From contig JAUZTB010000107.1 of the NCBI GenBank assembly GCA_034780895.1, forward strand, positions 67,806,960 to 67,870,959: a stretch of 64,000 bases of DNA. Reading direction: 5' to 3'. Position 1 is the stretch's first letter; each line of letters begins with the position of its first letter. Source of the DNA: Rhynchobatus australiae (Eukaryota). The notes under the pieces are model-generated. The model did not search any database and had not been told where the DNA came from. It saw only the letters and a program-made list of their open reading frames with translations. Positions 1 through 12,672 of this stretch are shown here, piece by piece. A program made the position numbers and the translations under genes.

Positions 1-1529
1 GAGAACAGGTCAAGGGATGACAATGATGGTGATGCATCATGGCTACTATGAAAAAAAATCATACTGCTTATAACTGAATATTGCAGGATTCTGATGGGGA
101 ACANNNNNNNNNNNNNNNNNNNNNNNNNNNNNNNNNNNNNNNNNNNNNNNNNNNNNNNNNNNNNNNNNNNNNNNNNNNNNNNNNNNNNNNNNNNNNNNNN
201 NNNCTTACGTATAAGGGCCTCAACCCTGGTGTCACCAGCAAAGAGGCCGAATGGAGCTAATGTGTGGGCTTTTATGGAGCTAGAGAGGGGCAGAGTTACC
301 CAGGTGACCTGGCCAGGCCAGTAGTCTGAGGTCAAGGACAAAGGTGAGTTCTCAGGGCCAATCCCCTAGGTGTATACTTGATGGTTGGGGGGAGCCCAAC
401 CTGTGATTGACAGTGAGCCTGACCCGTAATTGACAGTGATGTCACTTCCGACCAGGTGAACAATGGGTGTACACTGCTAGCCTAACACGTGGCACATGGT
501 AGCCCCATGCTTTTCCACAACACTAGCATCACTCAACAATAACCTGCTTGCTAAAGGATAGGCATTGCATACGTTTCTCTTGCTGTTCATTCTTTCAACC
601 TTCTGTGGATATGACTGCCATTTGGGTGACCTCTTCCTTGCCCTTCTAGTAGCTTGTGGTTTCTTTCTTCATACTCCCAGATATTTTTCTACTCCCAGAT
701 GCACTACTGCCAGAACAGTCATTTTAGAGACAGATCGCTTTTGAAGGAAGGATCAATAGCAGTGCAAGAGTAGCTAGAACACTTCTCTACAAACAAGCTA
801 AACTTTGAACAATGGCTGAGCAGGGAAAAAATGCCCTGAGCAACATTGTCAAGAACTCTTCATGCCAGTCAATGACACATTCCACTGAATGAATCAGCAC
901 ATGTCCAATTCACTATGGATTGCTAAAACAGCAATGGCACTTTGCAGGCACTGTTATACACGTATCCAGCTTATTTTCTCCATCATTTGCATATTGTAAG
1001 CCCTTACCTGTCCCTGCACCTTCAGTAGAATATTTTGGATGCCTGTTTAGGATCTTGAGTGGCACATAGATGCAATTTTCATAGTGTTTGGTCCAATTTA
1101 TAGACTAACTCCCATGAAAAATTGTAATGGTAGTATCTCTAAAAACTTAAAACATCCTTCTGAATAGGGCAATCAGGCTCCTGTCATGGTGTTTGTTTAT
1201 AACATAACAGCAACCATTTCTAGGAATCCATTCCATATGTTTAAGGATGGAAATCATGAGGACATGCATTTCTTAACCTGTAATTTAGTTTCACATCAAT
1301 GATTCTGTACTTGTGCTTGCTTACGCTCAAATTAAATAACTTTCTTCTTTCAAGTATACTTCTCACTTTTTAAAGTTTGTATCATCTCTCCATTTAAGGA
1401 CACAAAACTAAGGTACCCCATTCATCGCCTGAGAATGTTCTTCCATTCAATACTATCACTACTGATCTGCTTTATACTTCTACTTATCTGCCTTGGATCT
1501 GTAAATGTTACCACTTACGACATTTCAAT

Positions 1530-2440
1530 TCTTCTTCTTAGGCAGTTGCTATAGGACAAGGGTGATTTGCTTCCATTCCATGTCTGTGGGCCCCAAAGTG
1601 GCCGAGAATCATATGTAAAGGAGCCACATACTCTGCCATAGATGAACAGATGGTCCTGGCAAGGCAGATAGGCGGGTAGTTTGGGACAGTTTGCACTCCT
1701 TGCACTTGACCTTCATGCGCTCCCATTGCAGAGATGGAAAGTGCTCAGTGTCTCTCTGAATGCCTCTCCATTTTGAGTGGTCAGGGGCCAGAAATTTCAA
1801 TGAGTCGGTAAGGATGCTACATTTTCTCAAGGACACTTTGAGAATGTCCATGAATCATGTCCCTGGCCTCTTGGATATATCATCCCATGGTGGCACATAG
1901 GGTGGAGGAGATTTGTTTCAGGAGTAGCCTCAATGCTGGACCCATTGGTCTGGGAGAAGATGCTGAAATTGGTTGACCAATCCTACCAATTAATTCAAAG
2001 GACTTTGGGAATACAGCATTAATGGTACTTATCCAATGAGTTCAGGTACCCACTGTAGGTATTCCAAAAGTCCAAATTGCCCAGAAGAGCAGGGAATCGC
2101 TGCTGTTCAACAGACCATGAGTTTGGTACCAGGTTTAAGGTTTTGGTCTTTGAACACCCTCCTAATTAGTCGGCTGAAGGTTGTACTGACTCATTGGAGG
2201 AGGTAGCGGATTCTGCCAATCAATATCTGTCTTAGCTGAGATCAATGTTTTCGAGCTTTCCTCCTGGACTTTTATTGTCAGGGAGTGTGTTCCGCAGTGA
2301 GGCAGATTTGTTGAGGACATTTACCTTCTGGATATTTAATGCAATGTCTAATCTTTTGCATGCTTCATTGAAAGAGTCAAGAAAAATTTGGAGCTCAGTG
2401 CCTGAGTACACACATACACATGCACCATTAGCTGTAATTC
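1530..2440 (-). mobile_element. Decayed RTE-clade LINE, 3' part
   Basis: Minus-strand remnants resemble the RTE ORF C-terminus (DILKVSLRKCSI...LAPDHSKWR; RVFKDQNLKPGTKLMV) and a degenerate YADD region near 2400-2440. It ends in a (AAG)n-like tail at ~1530. Many stops and frameshifts; boundaries approximate. Confidence 0.75.
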
Positions 2441-3577
2441 AATAAGACCAAGTGATCTTGCTTATAGAATCGAAATGACAAAGCTTGAAGAGGTTCCTAC
2501 TCATCCTGTATATTAACTCCACTCCATCCAGAACATTGTAGTGAGAAAGATGAAGAAGTTCATTGAAGATATGACAAAGCCTTGCTTAATCTCTATTTGC
2601 ACAGGGTTGGATCATAGTGAATCCAATGGTTAGGATCACAGCTAGGTTAATTTTAATTAACATAGCTTCCATAGTTATTAGAATTTTCACAATTCTCCCT
2701 GCAAAGAAATGCTCCCCAGCATTACTCCTAAATGCCATTGCACTAATTTTAATTTATGTCTCCACTGCATTTCCTTTATGAAGTCTTTGTATCATTTTAT
2801 ACTGCTGAAAAAGATCACCACTTTATCCACATATTCACAGGAAAAAGAGACAAAGTAATGCAATCTGACCTCATAATTTGTTCTTCTATTGTTCTATTGG
2901 AACAATGCCAGGTCTCATCCCAAGGTAAATATATCATTCCTAAGGTGTGATGTCCAGAGTTGAATTTAATATCCTAAAAGTGGTCTTTCATATAACTAAT
3001 GCAAAACATTACTCTTGAAGTACCTAACATTCTATTAGTTTTTTCACTTTTTTATGTCTGCTAATTTGTTATGATCTCTAATGATTTAGCTGCAATATTA
3101 ATCATTCCAAGCATTACTTTGGTCCAATTTCCCATTTTCTTCTGCCCATTTCTGATCCCTGAATTCTTGCTGGGATACGTTTACACTGTCATCAATGGTT
3201 GCCTGCTGTNNNNNNNNNNNNNNNNNNNNNNNNNNNNNNNNNNNNNNNNNNNNNNNNNNNNNNNNNNNNNNNNNNNNNNNNNNNNNNNNNNNNNNNNNNN
3301 NNNNNNNNNNNNNNNNNNNNNNNNNNNNNNNNNNNNNNNNNNNNNNNNNNNNNNNNNNNNNNNNNNNNNNNNNNNNNNNNNNNNNNNNNNNNNNNNNNNN
3401 NNNNNNNNNNNNNNNNNNNNNNNNNNNNNNNNNNNNNNNNNNNNNNNNNNNNNNNNNNNNNNNNNNNNNNNNNNNNNNNNNNNNNNNNNNNNNNNNNNNN
3501 NNNNNNNNNNNNTAAGTTTGTAATCTAAATTCACCTCAATTAGGAGTAGAGTCGGAGAGAGAGGGGGATGAATGGCT

Positions 3578-3651
3578 TGTTTATCAAAGGCCTATTGTCT
3601 AGGGATGTTTCCCACGCTCCAGCTGATGCAATTGAGTCGCGTGTCCAGATG
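3578..3651. promoter_or_regulatory. Candidate enhancer: dense cluster of Fox/TCF/Sox/CSL/E-box/Hes motifs
   Basis: TGTTTAT 3578, ATCAAAG 3583, TATTGT 3593, TTTCCCACG 3608 (CSL/RBPJ, - strand), CAGCTG 3620, CGCGTG 3638 (class C Hes site), CAGATG 3646, all within 75 bp. Function is inferred only. Confidence 0.45.
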
Positions 3652-4439
3652 GTTCAACGGTACTTAAAAACATCAAATAGAAGAGCCAGACAAAGTTTGT
3701 CAACCAAGTAGCCTAGCGTAATATTTAACCATGTGAATTTCAATTAGTTTCTGTTAATTTTTAATAAGTATAAAATTCTTCCTAATGGACAATGATGCTG
3801 AGTTAAAACAAACATATCTCTTCTGCTCAAGATTTACAGGTTATAGGTTTTCTTTGACATGTTGTGAAGCTGACTAGTACTTTAACAGAACAACTTTTTG
3901 CTGGACATGGAAAAATGGCTGGGTTTTCTCCTTAATTCTTAATAAGCTTGGGGAATTCCTATAAACACTGTTGATCATCTTTACATTAATAATGTTACTC
4001 GTGACATCCAAATCTGTTTATTTTGAAGTTACTTTGGAATTCAAAATGATGTGTCACAAATCGAGAGATTCATTGGTGTAGCACCAAAGCCTCGAATATG
4101 GCAAGTAAGAAGAATGTGTTCACAACCCAAGAGTATATTGACAATGTTGGCACACGTTTCATAAAATAAAGATTAGGGTATTTATTTATGCTAATAAGTC
4201 CTGATGGTCCCTTCAAACTTTTAGGAAGCAGTGACTTCTTACAATTTAATTGAATTGGAATCAAGAAGTGGGAGTGCTCCTTCTGACCTCAAATGAAATT
4301 AATACAAGCTGTTGCCCGCCAACAATCTCCAGTGACCCCACCAGCCCATTGACCCTTGCCTCTGCTCTCCCTGATCCTGACCACTGCTTTATCCTCACAA
4401 ATCACCCTCCATACCCCTATCAACTTTCCTCTGACTTCT

Positions 4440-5240
4440 TCATCTTATTAGGCAGTCCCTTAGGATGAAGAATGACTTGCTTCCATTCCAATTCTGTAGG
4501 TTCTGAGGTTACTGGTGAGGTTAATGTGGCAACCACAGATTCTTCCACAGATGAGACAGAAGATAGGTGAATAGTTTGTCATAAGATTGTTCTTTCTGAT
4601 GTTTACGCAGGATTTCTGTGTGGTCCCGATTCATGGACTTGAGGTTAATCAATAACTTATCAAATGCTCCTTCTCTACTTTTAGTGGTCATGGGCCATGG
4701 ATTCCCAAGAGTCATGGGGATTTTGCATTTTTCAAAAAGGTTTTGAACATATCAGTAAATCTTTTGCTCTAACTGCCTGGTAATCTCTTCTCATGACAGA
4801 GCTCAGAATAGAATGTCTGTCTTGGGAGTCTGGTGTTGGATATTTCATTTAAATGATGTGGTTCACCCAATGGAACTAAACGAATGTAAGTAGAGTGGGG
4901 GCAGTAGCCTGGCAAAAGTACATTAATGTTGATGTTGATTCACTTAGCCTTACAGAACATTTGGAGAGTTTGTGGGGAAAGTGTTTTTCTAGTACCTTTC
5001 AAGTGCCTTGAGGTGCCTGCTGTAGGTAGTCCAGATCTCAGAAACATATAAGAGGACAAGGATCACTACTGCCCGATAGACCGAATTTTGTGCCGGGTCT
5101 GAGGTCTTGATCTTCAAGCATCCTTTTCATCAATCGATCAGTCAAATGTTGTGCTGGAAGTGTCATGGTTCTGAGTTCTGGCCCTCAATTTGGCTCCTTT
5201 AATGCCTCGTTGTCCAGCACATGGATTCCATGCTGGACTG
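4440..5240 (-). mobile_element. Decayed RTE-clade LINE, 3' part (same family as 1530-2440)
   Basis: Shares the terminus TTAGGCAGT...TGACTTGCTTCCATTCCA with the copy at 1538. The minus strand reads as RMLEDQDLRPGTK...YRAVVILVLLYVSEIWTTYSRHLKALE. Confidence 0.75.
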
Positions 5241-5399
5241 ANNNNNNNNNNNNNNNNNNNNNNNNNNNNNNNNNNNNNNNNNNNNNNNNNNNNNNNNNNN
5301 NNNNNNNNNNNNNNNNNNNNNNNNNNNNNNNNNNNNNNNNNTCCCGTGAACATTTATTGTCAGAGAGCAGTACTGCATACTTCTGCATATTGATGATAA

Positions 5400-6110
5400 A
5401 GTTTGGGTAGAGGCCTTATAGGTTGAGTGGTTTCCATTGGTCTGGTCCATTTCCTCCATTCCACAGAAACTCCTCAAGTGTGACTGTACTTGACTCTATT
5501 CCACTCCAAACACTCACTGTCACCTCAAACCAACAACAAGTTAGAAATCTGTTGCCGACATCAATATGCCAACTGAGAAATACAAAAACCTCAGGAACAG
5601 ATGGTATCCCTGCATCCATGTTCTAAACCTTAGCAGCAAAGAACTTCAGTCACAAATTCACCACTGTAGTTCCTATGATTGGGAAGAGAAAGGCATGCCA
5701 CGGGACCTCGGAGATGCTGTATGCCTATTTTCAAGAAAAGAGACAACTCCACTTGTGGTAACTACAGGTGGGTCTCTTTGCTTCTGCCATGGGGAAAGAC
5801 ATCAGTAGAGTTCTCCTCAGCGAATGTCTCTTGGTGGCCAATGAACTGCTCTCTGAATCCTAGTGTGGGTACTGTTCATCTAGCAGCACTTTGGACATGA
5901 TCTTCATGACATGAAAACTACATACTGCAGCATCAACCATGATATGTGACTTTTTATTGACCTCTGTCAATCAAGAAGAACTGTGAAGTACCCTTCTCAA
6001 AATTAACTCTGCAGTAATTTCTCTACATTATGCTTGCTATCTGATGGCATGCAAGCCGTAACCTTAATCAACAGACCCAGTCTCAATACAAACTGGTCTC
6101 AAGCAACAGA
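5400..6110 (+). mobile_element. RTE-clade LINE reverse transcriptase N-terminal fragment
   Basis: Frameshifted peptides WEEKGMPRDLGDAV / IFKKRDNSTCGNYRWVSLL and ...IQTGLKQ match non-LTR RT motifs (KKGDxxxCxNYRxISLL, TGVKQG). Confidence 0.75.
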
Positions 6111-9100
6111 GGTGAAAGGAAGCATGCTGATAAGAAAGTGGCCAGTGCAATCAGTACAAATGGGTTAACTCAGCAATATTAGCAGTAAGATTGTAATGGT
6201 AAGAAATTTAACTGCTTTCANNNNNNNNNNNNNNNNNNNNNNNNNNNNNNNNNNNNNNNNNNNNNNNNNNNNNNNNNNNNNNNNNNNNNNNNNNNNNNNN
6301 NNNNNNNNNNNNNNNNNNNNNNNNNNNNNNNNNNNNNNNNNNNNNNNNNNNNNNNNNNNNNNNNNNNNNNNNNNNNNNNNNNNNNNNNNNNNNNNNNNNN
6401 NNNNNNNNNNNNNNNNNNNNNNNNNNNNNNATAGTGTACAGTTGACTGTGAAAACACATTGGTGAACAACAAACATGAATCTTTTTGGGTAGAGTGTTTG
6501 CAGCAACATACTGGATAGTTTACATTGTGATGTAATCATGGCATACTGGTGATAAACTCACACACACAATAAAACACTGTAATGAAATGGCATAATTTGA
6601 TGGAGCCCCACTGTGGGGTGTTACTGACTGATACGATCAGGTTATGTAGTGTAATTCACCACTTGGCAGTTTCACAATCTAGATGTGAGGAAATGCTAAG
6701 GGCAAGTTTGATGTTTCCAGTGGGAAAGTAAAGAAGTCTGTGAGTTCACTGCAGTGAGCAAGACAGACATAATGGTGGTAAAGCTTATAAATGCCACAAA
6801 TCAGATACACTAAATGGATTTATGGCAATAATTCAAACTTGAGGTTTCCAAGTATGGTTTGTTGCAGTTTATGTCATACTTAATTGAAGTATTGTCCCTT
6901 TATTTTTTATAAAAATGCAAGAAACATTATCTTGTGAACAGAACTGAAAAAGTGTTGATGCTGCTCTGTTATACAAATCATTATACAAACTCAAAACTGT
7001 TTACACAAATCTCTTAGTATTAAGCTTTCATTTAATTTCAGAAGTTTTAAATGTGAAGCAATATTTAAATTATAATTCTATGGCTATGATTCAAATCCAA
7101 AAGGTAACCATTGCATTTTTTGTTTACATGAGATTATTTTGTACAGCCCCCGGGGATACTATACTGCATGTGTTGCACTGGTCAACAGCTTATACTGACT
7201 CCAATTTCACCACAACTCTTGCTCAACCTAACTCCAAGGATAACCAAGCTACACAGAGTTCCACCCACCAGCACTGAACTTGAAGAAGTTTGTCTGCTAG
7301 TGTTTAAATACCAGGTGCTTTTAGAAATGTTCTCAGATGGTTTGGGAACAGTTAGCACAGGTTTGTAAAGGAGTAGACCACACAGGTGTTAAATTTCCAC
7401 CTGAAGATCAGTTAATATCACTTAGCTGAATGTACCTTCAGTAATTTCAAACTGAAACTGCTTCACATGGATGAAGACTACATGATGAAACCAGCAGATT
7501 AAACAACATCATTTCCGCAGGGATTCCCCACTGGAACATCAACAAGCTCACCCTCTCCCCACCCTGGGTGATGGTCTAATGGCTAAAAATAGCTGTCAAT
7601 GTCACTCCAAGATTTCCTCTGATGTTACATTGGAGATTGGAAGAATCCCATGAGCACAATACTTTTGTATAATATCCACCTGTGTGGGGATTTCCTAGAA
7701 TTGTCATATCAATGTCTTGATGTGTAGAGTTGTTATATGTAACAACTAGTATTTTAAGAAATATAATTTGTCAAATGAATTAGATCTTATTTTGGTTATT
7801 AAAATTTAATGTGAGCATATGAATTAATTAACATCAGGTTCACAAAGTAATCTGAAATTAAAAACATCTGTGTAAAATTGCAGGTTTGAAATCACTCCCT
7901 ATCATTAACATAATATATTCTGTATAACTTTGTTAATTTTATACAACATTTAAGATTGTGTTTTAATTGTAGACACATATATACATATGTTTGTAGCTTT
8001 TCCACACTGACTAAGATCACTGTCTGTTCCAATTAGAATGAAAAATTGTAGTTATATAATCTAAAATGATGTTGGGGGTGGATACCTGTTTGAAACTTTA
8101 TCGTTTAAGTTTCTGTACAAAAATGCCGTAAAGAATAATTATGAAAATGCAAACAAAATCATAATTTTACAATCCAGCCATTGTAATCAGATGTAAACAT
8201 TTGTTCACTTCCACCTTCATTCCATTTGTTTCTGTCTGCTGCTATATTTTGCACCAGCTGATTGTGAGAGATGAGTTTGATTAAACTGCCAGAGCCCTGG
8301 GAGTTAACTTGCAGCAGACATATATAAAACAGGATAAGNNNNNNNNNNNNNNNNNNNNNNNNNNNNNNNNNNNNNNNNNNNNNNNNNNNNNNNNNNNNNN
8401 NNNNNNNNNNNNNNNNNNNNNNNNNNNNNNNNNNNNNNGACTCTGCAGACTCGTAAATAAAAGGTTTTCTTGTTTCCACGACTTTGTCTCTGGCATGGTG
8501 ATTGTGAGCACGGATTATATCTCACATGATGCAGAAATATCTTTCCAACTTCTTGTAAACTTGGTGATGAGAATTTCGCATTGTCGAAAATCTGAAAATT
8601 TTCATTCCTATTGAAATCAAATTTATTTTAAATTCAAGCATTCACAGCTACAGAATTAAGTCACTTTAATGACGCAGGAAACGCGGCAGGGAATTCATGC
8701 ACAGCAGGCTGTCAAAAAGGCCTCTTTGCTGAAGCAAGATAATCTGTAAATTGATGTTTATTGTGGAATAGATATTGACCTTGACACCAAGAATAACCCC
8801 TGTCTTCCTCAAAACATTGCATGGAATAGTGGGATCGCTTATCCTCTGCTAGGAAGGAAACGTGACCTCAGTTTGGAATCTCATCCAACATGTCTTTGTT
8901 ATTTGCGTTTACATATTTAATGTGTTTTTGAACCCAAAAAAAGTATTACAAATTAATTTAAGGGAGGGGGCGAATGAAATCTCTGGGCACGTGCGGAACA
9001 GCCCTGGTCAGGTGGAACGAACGAATCCATCATAAAGGCGACAGAGTTCTCTCTCTAATCGTGATGTTCAGTCTTGTGCCGGCCGTTATGGTAACTAAAT

Positions 9101-9499
9101 GAGTTCCAATTCATTGAAAATGAGCGTTAACCCGTTTGGAAAGGACCTGCAGTGTACCCTTCAGTTTCCGGGCGTGGGAAGGATTTTGAACAATGCCAGG
9201 TCATGAGATGTGGCACAACACAATCCCACCGCCTAAATAGGGTTTTGGTGCACGTTCCCTGCACTGGCTTTTAAAGCACATCGCGCATTCTATGTGGGAA
9301 TGGCTGAAATCTCCTGCGACAGATGGGAAGGGGGCGGATTGCTTCAAGGCACTGGGTCAGAATGAACCCAAGGTATCCTGACCACGTTGAATTCAGAGGA
9401 CATTTGATCTCTTTTTAGCAGATGCATTAAATGCGTTGGAGCTTCTGAATAACAAAATCAACATATGGCCAGAGACGTCTTAAATTGTGAATCTGGCCA

Positions 9500-9775
9500 T
9501 TTAAGAGGGAAATCAGGAGGCATTCGTACATCCAAATAACAATAATCCTACTTGTGTTACAAGGGCTGGTATAAAACTGAAGTTCCCTCTTTCCTCAAAA
9601 GGATATAAATGCTAAGATAGTTGGAGTTTTCAAGAATATTATTTGTCGGATAAGTGTGTCAGGGGACATGGGGCTAGGGTGTGCAATATGAGTTGAGGTA
9701 CAAATCAGTCATGAGGTAATTGACAGGGGCGCAGGCTCGATGGGCCGAACGGACCACTCCTGTCGCCCTTGTCCC
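9500..9775 (+). mobile_element. Decayed CR1 LINE 3' end
   Basis: AAGAGGGAAATCAGGAGG...GATAGTTGGAGTTTTCAAG...GGCTCGATGGGCCGAACGGACCACTCCTG resembles the typical chondrichthyan CR1 3' terminus. Boundaries approximate. Confidence 0.55.
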
Positions 9776-10593
9776 CTTGTCCCACCTCAGTCGATACTGG
9801 ACAAAATGATGGGTGACTTCACTTTTTTCTTGAAGAAAACAGTGACCCTAGACCTAAGAGGGAGGTATTGCTGATATCCCGTGAATTAAGAAACAAAAAT
9901 CATCGAATAAAACATTTAGAATTAAATAAGTGGATTATATGAGTAAATTCAAAAAGTCGTTGTCTGGACCTGGAGTGGTGCATATGTGTCCCGGTTGTCA
10001 TGGTGATTAAACTGATGTCACGCCATCTGAAAGGATTCACCTTATGGTCTACATCCACTCTCTGCACAGCTCTGCCTCCGCAGTTAATCTGGAAGGTTGT
10101 TAGGAAATATCGTGAAAGGGGGTTATTGTTCGGAAGAATTTCCCACGTTCGTTTCTGCGCCTGGCAGTCGCGTGTCTTAAGGCAAACAGAGCCGCTGCGG
10201 TGAATTCGTAAAAAAAAGAGAAACGTTGCCGTGAATGAATGGACATCTGCTTCAGGATCTTGTGTTTTTTTTAAAAAAGAGTTTGCGTTTTAAAAACATA
10301 GGCGAGAGAGATTTACAGTCCTGTGAATCATCAGGCCAACATTCTGTTCTTAGGAGCTGCACCTGTTAAAGGAGACCACGAATATGGAAATGGCATTTAA
10401 TTCTAGATCACGTTGCAGATTTGTGATTTAAATCTAAATATTGGTTTGATATTCATAAAGTTGAAAATATTTTCGAATAACGTAAAGATTTGAAGATGCG
10501 TCGTGCATAGTTCAGTTCTTACACAGTTACTCCTTATAATCGAGTTACATGAGTTAAGAAAGGACAAGTCCTAACCTCCCCTCCCCCTCTCCA

Positions 10594-10594
<1 letters not shown>

Positions 10595-10627
<33 letters not shown>
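10595..10627. repeat. (CA)n microsatellite, ~16 units
   Basis: Read directly from the sequence. Confidence 0.95.
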
Positions 10628-10630
<3 letters not shown>

Positions 10631-11374
10631 CAAAATGTTGCGTTAATGATCTGATGGAAATAGAAAAAATATAGAGTGCGCTGTATTGGATCATTTTCTG
10701 TATTTGCATAAAACAAAGGCGATTGTTGGATTAACTGCAAATTGGATCCTGTCACAAGAAATATATCACAGATCTATTTTGTGCCTTTTAACACAAGGAT
10801 GCAGATAAAAATACAAGGTGAACTATGCGGAATATGGCTGTGTGTGATTTTATCAATCGCCAATTAAAACAGGTTATCATTATTTTACACTGCTTTTTTG
10901 CGGGAGCTTGCTGTGCGTAAATAGACTGCCGCCTTTCTTACATTTCAACATTTAACANNNNNNNNNNNNNNNNNCTTCATGGGTGTAAAGCGCTTTGTGA
11001 TATCCCGAGGTCGTTAAAGGTGCTACGTTTTATCAGCGTTCTGCGACAACAGGGCGGCGGTTATTTAATATACGGTATAATTATACTTGTTATTACAAAT
11101 CCCTTTCAAGTGGAGCGTCGTTTTCCCACAAGGATACAAAACCTAACAGTTCTTGTCAATGAAAAATTGTATTTTAAAATAAAAACATAAATTACAGGAT
11201 ATAATTTTTTAAATTGAGAGTCACGCATTGTTTTGTTTCCATCTCACTTCGGCCCAGTTTAAAGAGCTTGCCCTCAGAATCGCAGAACTACCAATGACAG
11301 AGTTCCGAGGGAACAAGTCCATAGGGCGCGACCTCTTGGTACAGAACACCATGCAAAACCAGTTCCTAACGTAA

Positions 11375-11551
11375 ACGCAACGCACACAAAATGCTGGAGG
11401 AACTCAGCGGGTCAGGCAGCATCTATAGAGGGAAATAAACCATCGACGTTTCGGTTCGAGGCCCTTTATCAGGTGTTGATGACTCGACCCGCTGAGTGGC
11501 CTCCGGCATTTTGCTGCTCCAGATTCCAGCATCTGCAGAATCTGTGTCTCC
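11375..11551. mobile_element. Palindromic Penelope-derived non-autonomous element
   Basis: AAAATGCTGGAGGAACTCAGCGGGTC ... GACCCGCTGAGTGGCCTCCGGCATTTT inverted arms. It carries a degenerate hammerhead-like core on the - strand (CTGATAA...GAAACGTC). Same family as 36776-37009. Confidence 0.65.
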
Positions 11552-12491
11552 CTAACGTAAACGGGCGTCAACTGCAGCACAATAAAAGACACACCTTGGC
11601 CGGAGCGCTAGCTGTTTGTCAATACGATGCATTCTACACAAAAAGTGAGAAAATTAACTGGATGCAAAATGTGGAAAAGACTAATTTCTGGCGATAAATT
11701 GTTAAATCAAAAATTGAAAAAGCAGTATTTTCACATCAGCACTGATACCCAGCTGAAGTGTACCCTGTACCTGAGTCCATCTCATTCGCTCGTTCAATGA
11801 GTAATTAACGATAATTAGATGCGGCACTCAGTATCCTTCAAAATNNNNNNNNNNNNNNNNNNNNNNNNNNNNNNNNNNNNNNNNNNNNNNNNNNNNNNNN
11901 NNNNNNNNNNNNNNNNNNNNNNNNNNNNNNNNNNNNNNNNNNNNNNNNNNNNNNNNNNNNNNNNNNNNNNNNNNNNNNNNNNNNNNNNNNNNNNNNNNNN
12001 NNNNNNNNNNNNNGATCTCTCGTTGTTAAAAGGAAATTCATAAATTATTTCAAAAGCATGATACAGTAACGTTCAAGAAAATGCAAATAATACGGCAGTG
12101 TATTCCGTTTCATAATGAACAGAGAGAACCCTTGACAATGTAACGAGGAAAATGATCCAAGCTTCAAAAAGAACTCAACCCAACAGCTGTGAATGGGACT
12201 GGGCGGATTCATTTCGTGTTTTTGCGGTTGCAAAATTGACACCATTCATCGCAGTGAAAGGGGACGGAGTTCCCAGGTGTAACTGGAGTAACACCATGTC
12301 TTTTCTCACCACTAACCAAATCCATGGGAATGTAGAGCGGGGCGGTTTGAAGAGCCATGCGAACTGCTTGGAGTGCTGAGGGAAAGATAAGATTCGGCTG
12401 GAAGAGATTCCTGGCCCCGGCCATCTGTCGCTCTTTGGGCGGTCAGCCTGGCCATTGAGTGGGAGCACTGAGCTGTCACTGTTGATTGATG

Positions 12492-12583
12492 GACACTCGC
12501 CTCTGGCCGCGACCCCAAGTGTGGGAAAGTGGCTGAGCGCAGGAACTCACGCATTCACATGCTAATTCGTGGATATAAATAGA
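12492..12583 (+). promoter_or_regulatory. Proximal promoter of the her8.2-like gene (CSL site + TATA box)
   Basis: TGTGGGAA at 12520-12527 and TATAAATAGA at 12574-12583, about 100 bp upstream of the ATG at 12673, in a CpG-rich context. Confidence 0.7.
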
Positions 12584-12672
12584 AGTTCGGCAGAGAGCAA
12601 GAAGACATCACAGCCTCAGTCTGAAACCAGCGAGCATCTAGCAGCAATTCTCTCTTCCAGATCGGTGGAAAC

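Noticed and set aside
12303-12330. TTCTCAC ... ATGGGAA as a paired CSL site
   Set aside because: The orientation is divergent rather than head-to-head, so it does not fit SPS geometry.
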